64,000 nt of DNA from Patescibacteria group bacterium (GCA_041650755.1 JBAZKN010000002.1:69030-133029), one strand, 5' to 3'. Positions 8,280 to 18,496 are shown, counted from the first letter of the stretch. The notes: generated by a model from the sequence alone, not told the origin. Translations and numbers: made by a program.

Positions 8280-8852
8280 TTATTTGATAATCTTGTCTAT
8301 TAAGCCGTAGTTTAAGGCTTCTTCGGGAGCCATATAGTAGTCGCGGTCAGTGTCAGCTTCAATTCTTTTTAAGGGCTGGCCAGCATGGTTGTGTAAGATT
8401 TTATTGAGGCGGTCTTTGAGCTTCAAGATCTGTTCGGCTTTTATTTTTATATCGCTAGCTTGTCCGGTAGCGCCGCCCATGATCTGATGGATTAGTATTT
8501 CGGAGTTAGGCAAAGCAAATCTCTGGCCCTTGGTCCCGCTAGCCAGAAGTAAGGCGGCCATAGAGGCAGCCAGACCCACGCAAATAGTAGACACCGGGCT
8601 TTTTACATGTTGCATGGTGTCATAGATGGCTAGTCCGTCAGTGACTGATCCGCCCGGAGAGTTGATATACATCTTGATTGGTTTAGTATTATCTTGAGCA
8701 TCCAGGAATAATAGTTGAGCAATCACCAGATTGGCTACTCGATCATCAATCACATCGCCTAAAAAGATAATTCTATCTTTCAAAAGGCGGGAGTAGATGT
8801 CGTAAGCCCGTTCGCCGCCGGGGGCTTTTTCAATGACAGTAGGTATTAGCAT
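8280..8852 (-). CDS. clpP: ATP-dependent Clp protease proteolytic subunit
   Basis: [33 protein letters not shown]. Confidence 0.97.
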   Translation of the reverse strand: MLIPTVIEKAPGGERAYDIYSRLLKDRIIFLGDVIDDRVANLVIAQLLFLDAQDNTKPIKMYINSPGGSVTDGLAIYDTMQHVKSPVSTICVGLAASMAALLLASGTKGQRFALPNSEILIHQIMGGATGQASDIKIKAEQILKLKDRLNKILHNHAGQPLKRIEADTDRDYYMAPEEALNYGLIDKIIK

Positions 8853-8890
8853 ATGTTTGTGGTTAATTATTGCTGGGGCATTATTATTGT

Positions 8891-8918
8891 GAGACCCCGG
8901 AACAAGTCCGGGGTGCTC
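8891..8918. repeat. Short palindromic (REP-like) element
   Basis: GAGACCCCGGAACAAGTCCGGGGTGCTC hairpin in a short intergenic gap. Confidence 0.5.
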
Positions 8919-8926
8919 GTCATCTT

Positions 8927-9892
8927 TCAGATGACTCGCAATTTATTATTATCATAGACCAGCTTTCCTGGCAAGGAAAAGCCAGAAGCTTTTTTGTGGC
9001 CGCCACCACCCAAGAGGGTGGCAATCTTTGCCAAATCTATGTCAGTGGTAGTGCGCATAGATCCTTTGATCATATTATCAGCGTCTTCTTTGAGGACCAA
9101 AATTATTTTCCCTTCATTGAGAATGTGTAGAAAATTAGCAATGCCTTCAATATTGCCGTCGCTTATTTCACATTCCAAGAAGTCTTGTTGCGTGACAAAG
9201 GTATAGACCAGTTGATATTGGTCAACGTGCTGTAGTCTTTCCAAGGTCCGACCCCATAATTTTAGATGTTTTAGCTCCCGGTTGTTTAAAGTTTGATTCA
9301 TGATTTGTTGTAGGTTGGCGCCTTGTCTATAGAGATCAGCCGCAGCTGATAAGCTAAGGTGGCCAGTAGCATTGTTTCTAAAGCCGCCAGTATCAGTAAT
9401 AATCCCGGTGCTTAAATGAGTAGCCATTTCTTTGTCCAGGGTGACCTGCCAGTCTTTTAATAATCTATAAATAACCTCGCAAGTAGAGGAGGCATCATGA
9501 ATGACCAGATTGATGTGGCCATAGTGATCATTTGAAGCATGATGGTCAATGTTTATCAGGGTATAATTTATCGGCAAGGCCGTTAGCAAATATCTGACGC
9601 CTGCATAATCCAAACTGCCAGAGTCCAGGGCTATTATCAGGTCGTATTTTTTGGTAAATACTAGGTGGTCTTGAGTAAGACAATGGCTATCGGGTAAAAA
9701 CTGGAGACCAAGAGGCAGTGGGTCTATACAAAAACTGGTGACATTTTTGTTGAGATTTTTCAAAAACCTAGTCAAAGCCAAATTAGCCCCCAAAGTGTCG
9801 CCATCGGGTTTTTGGTGGGAAAAAATCAGGACGTCTTTAGCTCGATTTATGGCTTGCCAGATCGCTTGACTAATGGTTCGGTGACTTTTCAT
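8927..9892 (-). CDS. nrnA: DHH/DHHA1 phosphoesterase (NrnA-like oligoribonuclease/pAp phosphatase)
   Basis: HQKPDGD, LD, NIDHH, TDTG, GGGH motifs all intact. Confidence 0.9.
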   Translation of the reverse strand: MKSHRTISQAIWQAINRAKDVLIFSHQKPDGDTLGANLALTRFLKNLNKNVTSFCIDPLPLGLQFLPDSHCLTQDHLVFTKKYDLIIALDSGSLDYAGVRYLLTALPINYTLINIDHHASNDHYGHINLVIHDASSTCEVIYRLLKDWQVTLDKEMATHLSTGIITDTGGFRNNATGHLSLSAAADLYRQGANLQQIMNQTLNNRELKHLKLWGRTLERLQHVDQYQLVYTFVTQQDFLECEISDGNIEGIANFLHILNEGKIILVLKEDADNMIKGSMRTTTDIDLAKIATLLGGGGHKKASGFSLPGKLVYDNNKLRVI

Positions 9893-9961
9893 AACTTATT
9901 ATTGTAAGTAAAAAACGAGGTTTAGTCAACCCCTTTATTTTGTAAGAGAAATTTAAATTTT

Positions 9962-11653
9962 TTAGTTGTTATCCGGTAGGTAATAAATTTTCATGACCAC
10001 CTGATCAGCATAATTTTTTATTTCATATTTTGGTTTTAGGCCAGTTGATTCTAACTGTTTTTGGTAGTTGGCCATTTTGGCAGCATAGCCCTTGTCAGCT
10101 TGATTGGCTACTGCTCCCTGATCAGTAGAAAAGACAAACCAAATGCCTTGAGCGCCGACGTCTCGTAGGTATTGTACCATGCTAAGATTACTACTGGCCG
10201 TGGCGGTTAGTACATCGTTAAAATAAAAAAGAGGAGAGTGATAATAAAAAATATATTTATTGATGTACCAAAGTCGAGAAAACCAATCAAGCCTTTCATC
10301 CACCAAGACAACATCTTGGCTTTCCAGGTAGAATTCCTGCACATCCTTTAGGTTGCTGATTTTTCTTTTGGCTGGTAATTTGCCCAGCACATCTTGACGC
10401 AAAAATTTATCTAAATCATTGAAGCCATTATTATAAAAACGATCAGGCGAGTAGAATAAATTATTATTGATTAGCGGTTTGGCCAAGATGTTGGTGTTGA
10501 GAGAAAAGAATAATTCAAAAGCAGCCACCAGAGTCAAAATCGCAATAAAGATTTTTTGTTTATTTTTAGTGACGGCAAAACACTCCCACCAGTATAAGAT
10601 AGCCTGGCTAGATAGAATTGCCAAGAAGGGCGTGATAATCAATAAGAATCTGGCCGTGCCGCCGGAAAAGGTGAACATTAACAATATTAAAACAATATTC
10701 ACCCGCAAAAAATTGTTAAGAGGAGTGCTTTGTTTTTTGATTGCCCGCCAAAAAGAATGCACCAGGGCAGACAGATAGAGGATACTCAAGGGCAGCGATA
10801 TGGAGTCCATCAAGGAGCGCAGAACGTCCACTAGGTTGGTAAATAAATTAGCATTTAGGCCACGTCCGGACAGAGTAGAAAAATCCGCTGGCTTCATGCC
10901 CAGCATGGAAGATAGGGCGGCATCAAAATGGCCTCTGGCTTTGAAGACCATGATGTTGTAAATAATCACTGGTGTCAGAATGATGGCTATCAGTAAGCAG
11001 GACAGCCAAAAATGTTTATTTTTGAGAGTTGGTCTTTGCCAAATTAGCAAGTAAAAAAATGTCGTTGGTATAATGAATATAGCCGTGTATTTGGACAATA
11101 AAGCCAAGCCGACAGCTAGGCCCCAAAAATATAAATAGCGCGTTTTTTGGTTTTGTAAAAAAATCAAGAAAGCATAAATACTTAAAGTAATAAACAAGGT
11201 TTCCATGCCTTCTAAGTAGCCGGTCCGAGACATCCAGATAGTATATGAAGAAATAGCGAAAATGCCAGCAGCGATTAGGCCCATTTTTTCTTGGCCTATT
11301 TTTTTTAATAATAAATAAAGCAGATAAATTATGACTAAATTAGCTAAGATATAGGGTAGTAGGGCGGCGATGATATTATTACCAAAGATTAAAAAAGAAA
11401 TATGTTGGATGACAAAAGTCAGCGGTGGGGCGTCATGAAAAGATAATTGCGCCCACCAAGGTAAAGTCTTAAACCAAACCAGAGGCGATGTTTGGCCTAC
11501 GCCAGATAGATAGTCCAGCCAGCCAAAGGATCTAAAAGCATAAGCGGCTGGATCATTTTGCAGGTCAAATTTTGTCAGATTTAAAAAACGCAAACCAATT
11601 GCGCTGACAAGGATGGCCAGAAAAATATAGCCATTTCTTTTTTGTGGAGTCAT
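9962..11653 (-). CDS. GT-C fold (ArnT/PMT-like) membrane glycosyltransferase
   Basis: Multi-TM; DP..Y, HDAPPL, GLALLSKY motifs. Confidence 0.8.
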   Translation of the reverse strand: MTPQKRNGYIFLAILVSAIGLRFLNLTKFDLQNDPAAYAFRSFGWLDYLSGVGQTSPLVWFKTLPWWAQLSFHDAPPLTFVIQHISFLIFGNNIIAALLPYILANLVIIYLLYLLLKKIGQEKMGLIAAGIFAISSYTIWMSRTGYLEGMETLFITLSIYAFLIFLQNQKTRYLYFWGLAVGLALLSKYTAIFIIPTTFFYLLIWQRPTLKNKHFWLSCLLIAIILTPVIIYNIMVFKARGHFDAALSSMLGMKPADFSTLSGRGLNANLFTNLVDVLRSLMDSISLPLSILYLSALVHSFWRAIKKQSTPLNNFLRVNIVLILLMFTFSGGTARFLLIITPFLAILSSQAILYWWECFAVTKNKQKIFIAILTLVAAFELFFSLNTNILAKPLINNNLFYSPDRFYNNGFNDLDKFLRQDVLGKLPAKRKISNLKDVQEFYLESQDVVLVDERLDWFSRLWYINKYIFYYHSPLFYFNDVLTATASSNLSMVQYLRDVGAQGIWFVFSTDQGAVANQADKGYAAKMANYQKQLESTGLKPKYEIKNYADQVVMKIYYLPDNN

Positions 11654-11658
11654 GGGGC

Positions 11659-11988
11659 TTATGATTGCCTTAGGGCATCGTCAATTTTTTTGTATTTAAA
11701 ATCTCGTTCGTCCAATTGCCAATGTAAGCGCGGCAATGAACGCATAATGATTTTATTTTTTAATTCTCGCTGGATGTGAGAAGAAAATTTATTGATGGCG
11801 TTCAGGCCGCTGCCCCAATGGCTATCAGGGATGACGCTAATATAAACAGTAGCATTTTTGAGATCAGGGGCAATGGTCACTTGGGATACGCTTATCAAGG
11901 TGCCGCGCGGAGCCTCAAAATCACGTACAATAATATCATTGATGGCTTGTTGGAGCAGGGAGGCTACTTGTTCGGTGCGCTTACTCAT
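11659..11988 (-). CDS. rbfA: Ribosome-binding factor A
   Basis: R..QVA..., V.IAPDLKNA.VYIS, MRSLP.L; immediately follows infB. Confidence 0.93.
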   Translation of the reverse strand: MSKRTEQVASLLQQAINDIIVRDFEAPRGTLISVSQVTIAPDLKNATVYISVIPDSHWGSGLNAINKFSSHIQRELKNKIIMRSLPRLHWQLDERDFKYKKIDDALRQS

Positions 11989-13948
11989 CTATTTCTTCAA
12001 AAAATTCTAGCGTGTCGCCTACGGCCACAATTGGCTCGCCCCTGTACTCTATGCCCGCCTCATTGCCGGTCACTACTTCATTGACATTTTCTCGAGCCGA
12101 TTGGAGGTTGGCGATGGTGCCAATGGCTTCCAGCTCGCCCTTTTTAATCACTTTGATTTTGCATTTTTTGGTGACCTTGCCCTCTATCACTTTACCGCCA
12201 AAAATCATGCTATTTTTGTCAGTTTTGAAAATAGCCAAGACCTCAAGCTTACCCAAAATTTTGTGGATTATTTTTTTGGCGCGGATGGTTTCAAGCCTCC
12301 TGGCCACATCTTCTAGCAGCTTATATATGATATCAAAATAGAGAATGTTGACATTTTTTTCGGCCGCCAGACTTTGGACATTTTTATTTTCCTTGATATG
12401 AAAACCAATGAGCAGGGCATTGGTGGCGGCAGCATTCAAAACATCGGTCTCGGTGATTAGCCCCAAACCCTTTTTTAAAACCTTTATTCTGGTGCCGGGC
12501 ACTGATATTTTTTGCAGAGATTCTTCAATGGCTTCAGCCGAGCCCAAGACATCGGATTTTATGATAAGGTTCAATATATTGACATCACTGTCGCTGTTTT
12601 CCTCTTTGGAATTATTGACCTCTAGTCTATGGCTGGGTAAATTATTTAGATTTTTTAGCTTTTCTTTGTAGAGTTTTTTGTCATTGATAACTTCCAAAAT
12701 TTCTCCGATTTGCGGCAGCTGCTTTAAGCCCAGGATTTTTACGGGCATAGCCGGAGTGGCGGCTGTGACGCTGCGTCCCTGCCAATCCTTGAGAGTTTTT
12801 ATTTTTCCCGGTACTTGACCGACGATAAAAGTATCGCCGATTTTCAGAGTACCAGCTTGGACCAAGACGGTGGCTACCGGCCCCTCATTTTTATTGATGT
12901 TGGATTCAATGATAGTGCCCACGGCCGGACCATGCTCGTCGGCTTTCAGGTTTTCCATATCAGCAATCAAGAGGATCATGTCCAAGAGTTCGCTGATGCC
13001 CTCCTTTTTTAGGGCTGAGATCGGCTGGCAGATAGTTTTGCCGCCCCAATCTTCGGGGATGAGGTTGATTTCCGAGAGGCCTTGTTTGACCCGATCAATA
13101 TCCGCGCCAGCCTTGTCGATTTTATTGATGGCGACAATGAAAGGCAAGCTTTCTTTTTGTATGACCGAAATACTCTCCAGTGTTTGCGGCTGCAGCCCAT
13201 CGTCAGCCGCTACGACCAATATGGCCACGTCAGCAATTTGTCCACCGCGAGAGCGCATGGCTTTGAAAGCTTCGTGCCCGGGGGTATCCAGAAAAGTGAT
13301 AGTGCGGTTGTGAGTTTTTACTTGGTAGGCGCCGATATGTTGGGTGATACCGCCTGCCTCCTGATCCACAACATTAGCTTGACGTATGGCATCAAGTAAT
13401 TTTGTCTTGCCGTGATCGACGTGGCCCATGACTACTACGACGGGTGGCTTGGCGTGTTTAGCAGACCGAGCAGACAATAGTTCTGTCAGTCTTTCTTTGC
13501 TGCTGACTTCAGCCTGCTGTTCGTCGCTTATTTTTTTGGTCACTTTGAAGCCCAAGTCTTCGGCGATTATGGTGGCGGTATCAAAATCTATTTTTTCATT
13601 GAGCGAAACCATGATGCCATTTTTCATCAGCTCAGCCATAAGTTTAGCTACCGGCAAGTTCATGCTAGCAGCCATGTCTTTGACTATGACAGTATCTCCA
13701 ATGGCAACTTCTTTTGTATCAGCCTTGCTTTCGCTTTTTTCTTTGACGCTAATTTCCGTGACTTTAGCGAATTCTTTTTTCCAAGCCTCTTTACTTTCAG
13801 ATTTTTTCCAAGCCTCAATTATTTTTGGCACCAGCTTGTCATCTACTTTGATAGCCTTGACACCAATATCAAAACCCAAGGAAGGTAATTTTTCCAAAAG
13901 TTCAGCCGTAGTCACTTTTAATTGTCTAGCCAAAACCGATGTGTTCAT
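11981..13948 (-). CDS. infB: Translation initiation factor IF-2
   Basis: VMGHVDHGKT, GGITQHIGAY, DTPGHEAF, NKID; likely start ATG 13948. Confidence 0.97.
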   Translation of the reverse strand: MNTSVLARQLKVTTAELLEKLPSLGFDIGVKAIKVDDKLVPKIIEAWKKSESKEAWKKEFAKVTEISVKEKSESKADTKEVAIGDTVIVKDMAASMNLPVAKLMAELMKNGIMVSLNEKIDFDTATIIAEDLGFKVTKKISDEQQAEVSSKERLTELLSARSAKHAKPPVVVVMGHVDHGKTKLLDAIRQANVVDQEAGGITQHIGAYQVKTHNRTITFLDTPGHEAFKAMRSRGGQIADVAILVVAADDGLQPQTLESISVIQKESLPFIVAINKIDKAGADIDRVKQGLSEINLIPEDWGGKTICQPISALKKEGISELLDMILLIADMENLKADEHGPAVGTIIESNINKNEGPVATVLVQAGTLKIGDTFIVGQVPGKIKTLKDWQGRSVTAATPAMPVKILGLKQLPQIGEILEVINDKKLYKEKLKNLNNLPSHRLEVNNSKEENSDSDVNILNLIIKSDVLGSAEAIEESLQKISVPGTRIKVLKKGLGLITETDVLNAAATNALLIGFHIKENKNVQSLAAEKNVNILYFDIIYKLLEDVARRLETIRAKKIIHKILGKLEVLAIFKTDKNSMIFGGKVIEGKVTKKCKIKVIKKGELEAIGTIANLQSARENVNEVVTGNEAGIEYRGEPIVAVGDTLEFFEEIDE

Positions 13949-14124
13949 TAGCAGATAAATTAGGCCCTTATTTTGGGCCATTTTTTATAAATTTTGCCCT
14001 AACTTTACTAAATTTTGTCGAAAAAGTCAACGCCTTGCTTGTTTTTGTCTGGATAGACAATTTGTAAATATTGACAAAGGAGGCGTGTTATTATAAATTT
14101 AAGGGTCAATTTGCTTTAGTAAGT

Positions 14125-15234
14125 ATGGAATTACCATTAAAAGAATTAACCAATCTACTGAAATCAAGCCAGCGCATCTTGCTCACCGGGCCACAAGATC
14201 CGAGCATTGATGTTATTTGCAGTGCGGCTGCTTGGCAAATTTTTTTATGGTCACAAAATAAGCAAGCTGATATAGTCCTGGCTGGCAGCCTGACTCCGCT
14301 GAAGTTTTTGCCCGGCCGGGTGCAAATCTCTTCCGGCATTAGTGACTTGAATAAGTTTAAAATTTCGGTTGATATTTCTAAAACCAAAGTCAAACAACTA
14401 AGTTATGATGTACTTGATGATTTTTTGGTGATTGATATTCTGCCATTGGGCGGCAACTTTAGAGAAAGCGATATTAAGTTTAGCCAGGGAGATTATAAAT
14501 ACGATCTGGTGATTGTTTTGGGAGCAATCAACCATGATGCCTTGGGTCAAATCAACAGCGGACATCGTCATTTTTTCCAAAATGTGCCAGTCATCAATAT
14601 TGATCGCCAGGTGCTCAATGAAAATTATGGCCAATTGAATATCGTGGAGTCGACCGCTACCTCACTATCCGAGATTTCTTATTATGCTTTGCAAACTGGT
14701 ATTGATAAAGAGATGGCCACTTGTCTATTGGCGGGTCTGATGGCAGCCACCAATAGTTTTCAGTCGGCTCAAGTGACGCCGCAGGTCTTGGAACTGGCTA
14801 GCCAGTTGATAGTCAAAGGGGCTGATCAGCCACAAATTGTAGAAACTTTGTATCGAACCAAAGATTTAAAGACGTTAAAAAATTGGGGTAGGATACTTTC
14901 CCGTTTGCAGAAAAAAGAAAACATCCTTAGCTCATATTTGCAGCACGATGAAGTAGAAAAATTGCCCTTGGATTTCTCGGAGCTGGTCAGAGACCTGATA
15001 TTATCCACCCCTCAGGCCCAGGTGGCGATGATATTTTATCAGATGGATTTTGATACTACTGAAGTGTGGCTTTATGCTATTAGTAATATCAATGCCTTGG
15101 ATCTAACCAGGGGTTTAGGTGGCCTGGGCCAGCGACATTTTGCTAAGTTTGCTGTCCACAAACCGCTAGATGAATCTCGTCAGTTGGTCATAGAGCGCAT
15201 CCAGGAAAAGCTAAAAATAATAAATAGTTTTTAG
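14125..15234 (+). CDS. Degenerate DHH-family protein (catalytic motifs lost)
   Basis: Aligns with NrnA but has PQDPSID for HxxPDGD, NIDRQ for NIDHH, AATN for TDTG, and no GGGH. Confidence 0.75.
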   Translation: MELPLKELTNLLKSSQRILLTGPQDPSIDVICSAAAWQIFLWSQNKQADIVLAGSLTPLKFLPGRVQISSGISDLNKFKISVDISKTKVKQLSYDVLDDFLVIDILPLGGNFRESDIKFSQGDYKYDLVIVLGAINHDALGQINSGHRHFFQNVPVINIDRQVLNENYGQLNIVESTATSLSEISYYALQTGIDKEMATCLLAGLMAATNSFQSAQVTPQVLELASQLIVKGADQPQIVETLYRTKDLKTLKNWGRILSRLQKKENILSSYLQHDEVEKLPLDFSELVRDLILSTPQAQVAMIFYQMDFDTTEVWLYAISNINALDLTRGLGGLGQRHFAKFAVHKPLDESRQLVIERIQEKLKIINSF

Positions 15235-15293
15235 TTGGCTTCACAAAAAGTGATAGTTTATCTATAATTAGTTTAATAGATTTTTGTTCGTTG

Positions 15294-15440
15294 TTGGTGG
15301 GTACACCCTTTTTCGTTGCACTATGGAGGGTAGGTAGCTTTGGTCAAAGATGGACAGGCAGTTGGTTCCTCGCCTTTAGTGGAATCGCCCTCTGGGCGAA
15401 GAGCATCACTCTTACTCACCTGCCTAAGCCGAACCACCGA
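15294..15440 (+). ncRNA. Candidate multi-stem RNA upstream of tRNA-Ile
   Basis: Promoter TTCACA-17-TATAAT (15240-15268); closing stem TTGGTGG/CCACCGA; internal stems ACCCTT/GAGGGT, AGGCAG/CTGCCT, CGCCC/GGGCG, AAGAG/CTCTT. Confidence 0.45.
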
Positions 15441-15463
15441 AATTTAATTTTATATTTTTGTAT

Positions 15464-15540
15464 GGGTATATAGCTCAGTTGGTTAGAGCACGACTCTTAT
15501 AAAGTCGGGGTCCCTGGTTCAAGTCCAGGTATACCCACCA
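15464..15540 (+). tRNA. tRNA-Ile (anticodon UAU)
   Basis: Cloverleaf; acceptor GGGTATA/TATACCC, anticodon arm CGACT-CTTATAA-AGTCG, T-loop TTCAAGT, encoded ACCA. Confidence 0.92.
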
Positions 15541-15575
15541 TACTTTTTTAGATTATATAATCCGCGGTATTTAGT

Positions 15576-15660
15576 CCGGCGGGCAGGTAAAGTGGGGGTC
15601 GATGGTTTCCCGCTCGCCCCGCGAAGCGGGACAGACGGGACCCTGCCAAAGGCGGTGGCA
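15576..15660. repeat. GC-rich palindromic (REP-like) element
   Basis: CCGGCGGGCAGG, TCCCGCT..GCGAAGCGGGA, CCCTGCCAAAGGCGG in AT-rich surroundings. Confidence 0.45.
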
Positions 15661-15720
15661 AGTATCAATTATTTGTATCTACTAGCGGCGCATAATAAAA
15701 TATTTAGCACGACTCTTACC

Positions 15721-17355
15721 ATGTCTGTTCTAAAATTTATTTACCAAAATTTAGACAATTTTAAAACCAGATTTAATTTAGTTTTGTTATCGGGGCTGGC
15801 CAATGGCTTTGCTTCTTTTTTTATACCCGTAACTTTGGCCGAGTTTACTAAAAGTCAATTTACTACGGCCGGTTTTTATAGATTGATCTGGCTCATTGTT
15901 TTGCTTTATGCGGCAACTCTTTTTCTGCAATGGATTATCAGAAAATACGGCGAGTCGTTGGGTTTTCAATTTGCCAATCATATCAGATTAAAATATTTTG
16001 CCGATCTAGCTAAATTATCAGTCAGAGATTTGACCAATCATCATTCCGGCTATGTTTTGTCTCTGATAAATAGGGTGGCCGATGGTTTGACGCCGATCTT
16101 TTTTGACATGTTTTGGGCTTTGTCGGGTAGTTTGGCCAGTCTGATATTATTTTTTTATTTCACGGCCAAAGAATCTGGTTTGATGGCCCTCATCAATCTG
16201 GTTATTTTATCTATTTTTGTCGTAGTGAGCACTTGGTTATCTAGAAAGACCGTATACATAGCCGATGAACTGAATATTAAACGAGCTTCTATGCTGGGCG
16301 CATATGCTGATTTTATGGCCAATATTTTGACAGTCAAAAGACTGGGGGTTTATTCTTTTGCTGCGAAAAATCTCAGCGAAAAAACAGATGATAATTACGA
16401 GAAGATTCACCAGCTGCAAAGATTTCATGCTGGCCGTTGGTTTTGGCTGCACTTTTTGTATGGCTCGACTTATTTATCGACGATTGGCTTTATTTTGTGG
16501 CAAGTAGCTTTGGGACGCATTTCCGTGGCTGTATTGATTTTGTTCGTGGCTGCTTATACTAGTATTAGACATGGCATTGAGCGTTTATCAGAGAATCTAA
16601 AGACCTTTATGCAGATGAAAGCCTATATTGACAGCTTGGCGGATATCATCTCTCCTGCTAAGCATCAACGATCTGGTCGTCAGATAAAGAATTGGCAGAG
16701 TATCAATTTTAAAAGCGTATTTTTTCGCTATCCGGGCACAGAAAAACAAGTTAATATCCCAGAATTTCATTTCAGCAAAGGAGAAAAGGTTTGCATTATC
16801 GGTAAATCCGGCGAAGGCAAAACAACTTTTTTGAATCTGCTAGCTAATTTTTGGCAGCCAAACAAAGGGCATTGTTTTTTGGATGAAGTGGATTATAAGA
16901 AGGTTAGTCCGGATTTTTGGCAAGACAATGTCGCCATGATTTCCCAAGAGATTGAGTTGTTTAATATTTCTCTGCATGATAATATTTGTCTGGGCAAGAA
17001 TATCCCCATCTCTGAAATTTGGTCAATCTTGGAAAAGTTTGATTTATCTCATTGGGCCAAAACTTTGCCCGATGGCTTGGATACGATTGTTGGTGAAAAG
17101 GGGATTAAGTTGTCAGCCGGGCAAAAGCAGCGTATCAACCTCATCCGAGGAGTTTTGCTTGGCAGGGAGATATTACTATTGGATGAGCCGGGTTCGCATT
17201 TGGATGCGGCCACCGAAGCTAAAGTGATCAATTTTTTTGATCAACATCTGACAGATAAAACAGCTGTGATCGTTTCTCATAATCCAGCTTGGAAATCTAT
17301 TTGTGATCGGTGTTATACTATTAAAGATAATACTTTAGTTGACTCGCAGGTGTAG
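15721..17355 (+). CDS. ABC exporter, fused permease/ATPase
   Basis: About six TM helices then GKSGEGKTT, LSAGQKQR, LLLDE, SH motifs; start ATG 15721. Confidence 0.92.
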   Translation: MSVLKFIYQNLDNFKTRFNLVLLSGLANGFASFFIPVTLAEFTKSQFTTAGFYRLIWLIVLLYAATLFLQWIIRKYGESLGFQFANHIRLKYFADLAKLSVRDLTNHHSGYVLSLINRVADGLTPIFFDMFWALSGSLASLILFFYFTAKESGLMALINLVILSIFVVVSTWLSRKTVYIADELNIKRASMLGAYADFMANILTVKRLGVYSFAAKNLSEKTDDNYEKIHQLQRFHAGRWFWLHFLYGSTYLSTIGFILWQVALGRISVAVLILFVAAYTSIRHGIERLSENLKTFMQMKAYIDSLADIISPAKHQRSGRQIKNWQSINFKSVFFRYPGTEKQVNIPEFHFSKGEKVCIIGKSGEGKTTFLNLLANFWQPNKGHCFLDEVDYKKVSPDFWQDNVAMISQEIELFNISLHDNICLGKNIPISEIWSILEKFDLSHWAKTLPDGLDTIVGEKGIKLSAGQKQRINLIRGVLLGREILLLDEPGSHLDAATEAKVINFFDQHLTDKTAVIVSHNPAWKSICDRCYTIKDNTLVDSQV

Positions 17356-17421
17356 TTTAGTTGGTAGAACATTTCCTTCCCAAGGAAAAGGCCGCGGGTT
17401 CGAGTCCCGTCACCTGCTCCA
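17346..17421 (+). tRNA. tRNA-Gly (anticodon CCC)
   Basis: Acceptor GCAGGTG/CACCTGC, anticodon arm TTTCC-TTCCCAA-GGAAA, discriminator U, CCA. Confidence 0.95.
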
Positions 17422-17446
17422 GCCCTCACCAATTATTTTTAATAAT

Positions 17447-18496
17447 ATGCCAGAAATTAATTTAGAAAAAATTTCATTACTAATTTCTCAAAAACTGAAA
17501 GAAAAAATTGAAATTGTTGATATAGAGAAAATTGGCAGCGGTTATCATTCAGATGGTTTCAAGCTAACCAGCAAAGAAAATAGAAACTTCTTTTTGAAAA
17601 GAGTGAAATCGCATGATTATGGATTTGAAATACCGGAACGCAAGTTGAATTCTTTATTAGTCAGTAATGGCATGTATCGCCGTTCTGGCATGTCGCCACG
17701 GGCTATTGGTGTGGTTATTAATAACCAAAATGAGGCGGTAATCATGCCCGAGCTTGATGAAAATAGTGAAATTTATCATATCCAGGAATATAAAACCAAT
17801 GGTGCCAGCTATTGGTCACAACTTGAAAGCAGAAAAGCGAAAAACAGATTGGATCAGCAAGACTTGGAGGACTTGGAAAAAATTACTGACTATATTTGTC
17901 GTTTGCACAAGGTTAAATATCCTTCACAGGACATAGAACAATTAAAAATTGTATATAACGATGGTCTGAGAAGCGTTATTACTAATCCAGAACTGACCAT
18001 AATGCTCTTACATGATTTTGATGATAGACATCCAATTTTGCCAGCCCGTGAGCATGGTAAATATGTTGGTTTGATGCTTAATCTAATGCATCTTTGGAAA
18101 GACAGATATGATCGTTTATCTGCTTTGCATGGTGATTTTTGGGGGGCAAATTTGTTTTTTGATCAAGATGGATCAATTTGGGTGATTGATTATTCGCGTA
18201 TTCCTTGGGGCGACCCCGGTTTGGACGTTGGTTGGTGGTTGGCCCAGTATTTATGGCTCTATCATGAAACCAATAATGAATATTTCAAAGAATCGGGAGA
18301 AAAATTTTTGGAGATTTATATAAGAAAAACCGGAGATAAAGAAATTCGTCAAGCGGTTAGCCTAGTTATGGGTTTGTGTGGCATTATTTATATTGCTCCC
18401 AAATTTTACCCTCAACTCAACCTCAAGCCAGCCAAAACGTATTATAAAAATATTTTGGCGATTTTAAAAAATAATCAGTTTATATGGAAAAAATAA
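17447..18496 (+). CDS. APH/choline-kinase-like phosphotransferase
   Basis: IGSGYHS P-loop, FFLK, LHGDFWGAN, VIDY, GDP..D; true start ATG 17447 after the tRNA. Confidence 0.85.
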   Translation: MPEINLEKISLLISQKLKEKIEIVDIEKIGSGYHSDGFKLTSKENRNFFLKRVKSHDYGFEIPERKLNSLLVSNGMYRRSGMSPRAIGVVINNQNEAVIMPELDENSEIYHIQEYKTNGASYWSQLESRKAKNRLDQQDLEDLEKITDYICRLHKVKYPSQDIEQLKIVYNDGLRSVITNPELTIMLLHDFDDRHPILPAREHGKYVGLMLNLMHLWKDRYDRLSALHGDFWGANLFFDQDGSIWVIDYSRIPWGDPGLDVGWWLAQYLWLYHETNNEYFKESGEKFLEIYIRKTGDKEIRQAVSLVMGLCGIIYIAPKFYPQLNLKPAKTYYKNILAILKNNQFIWKK

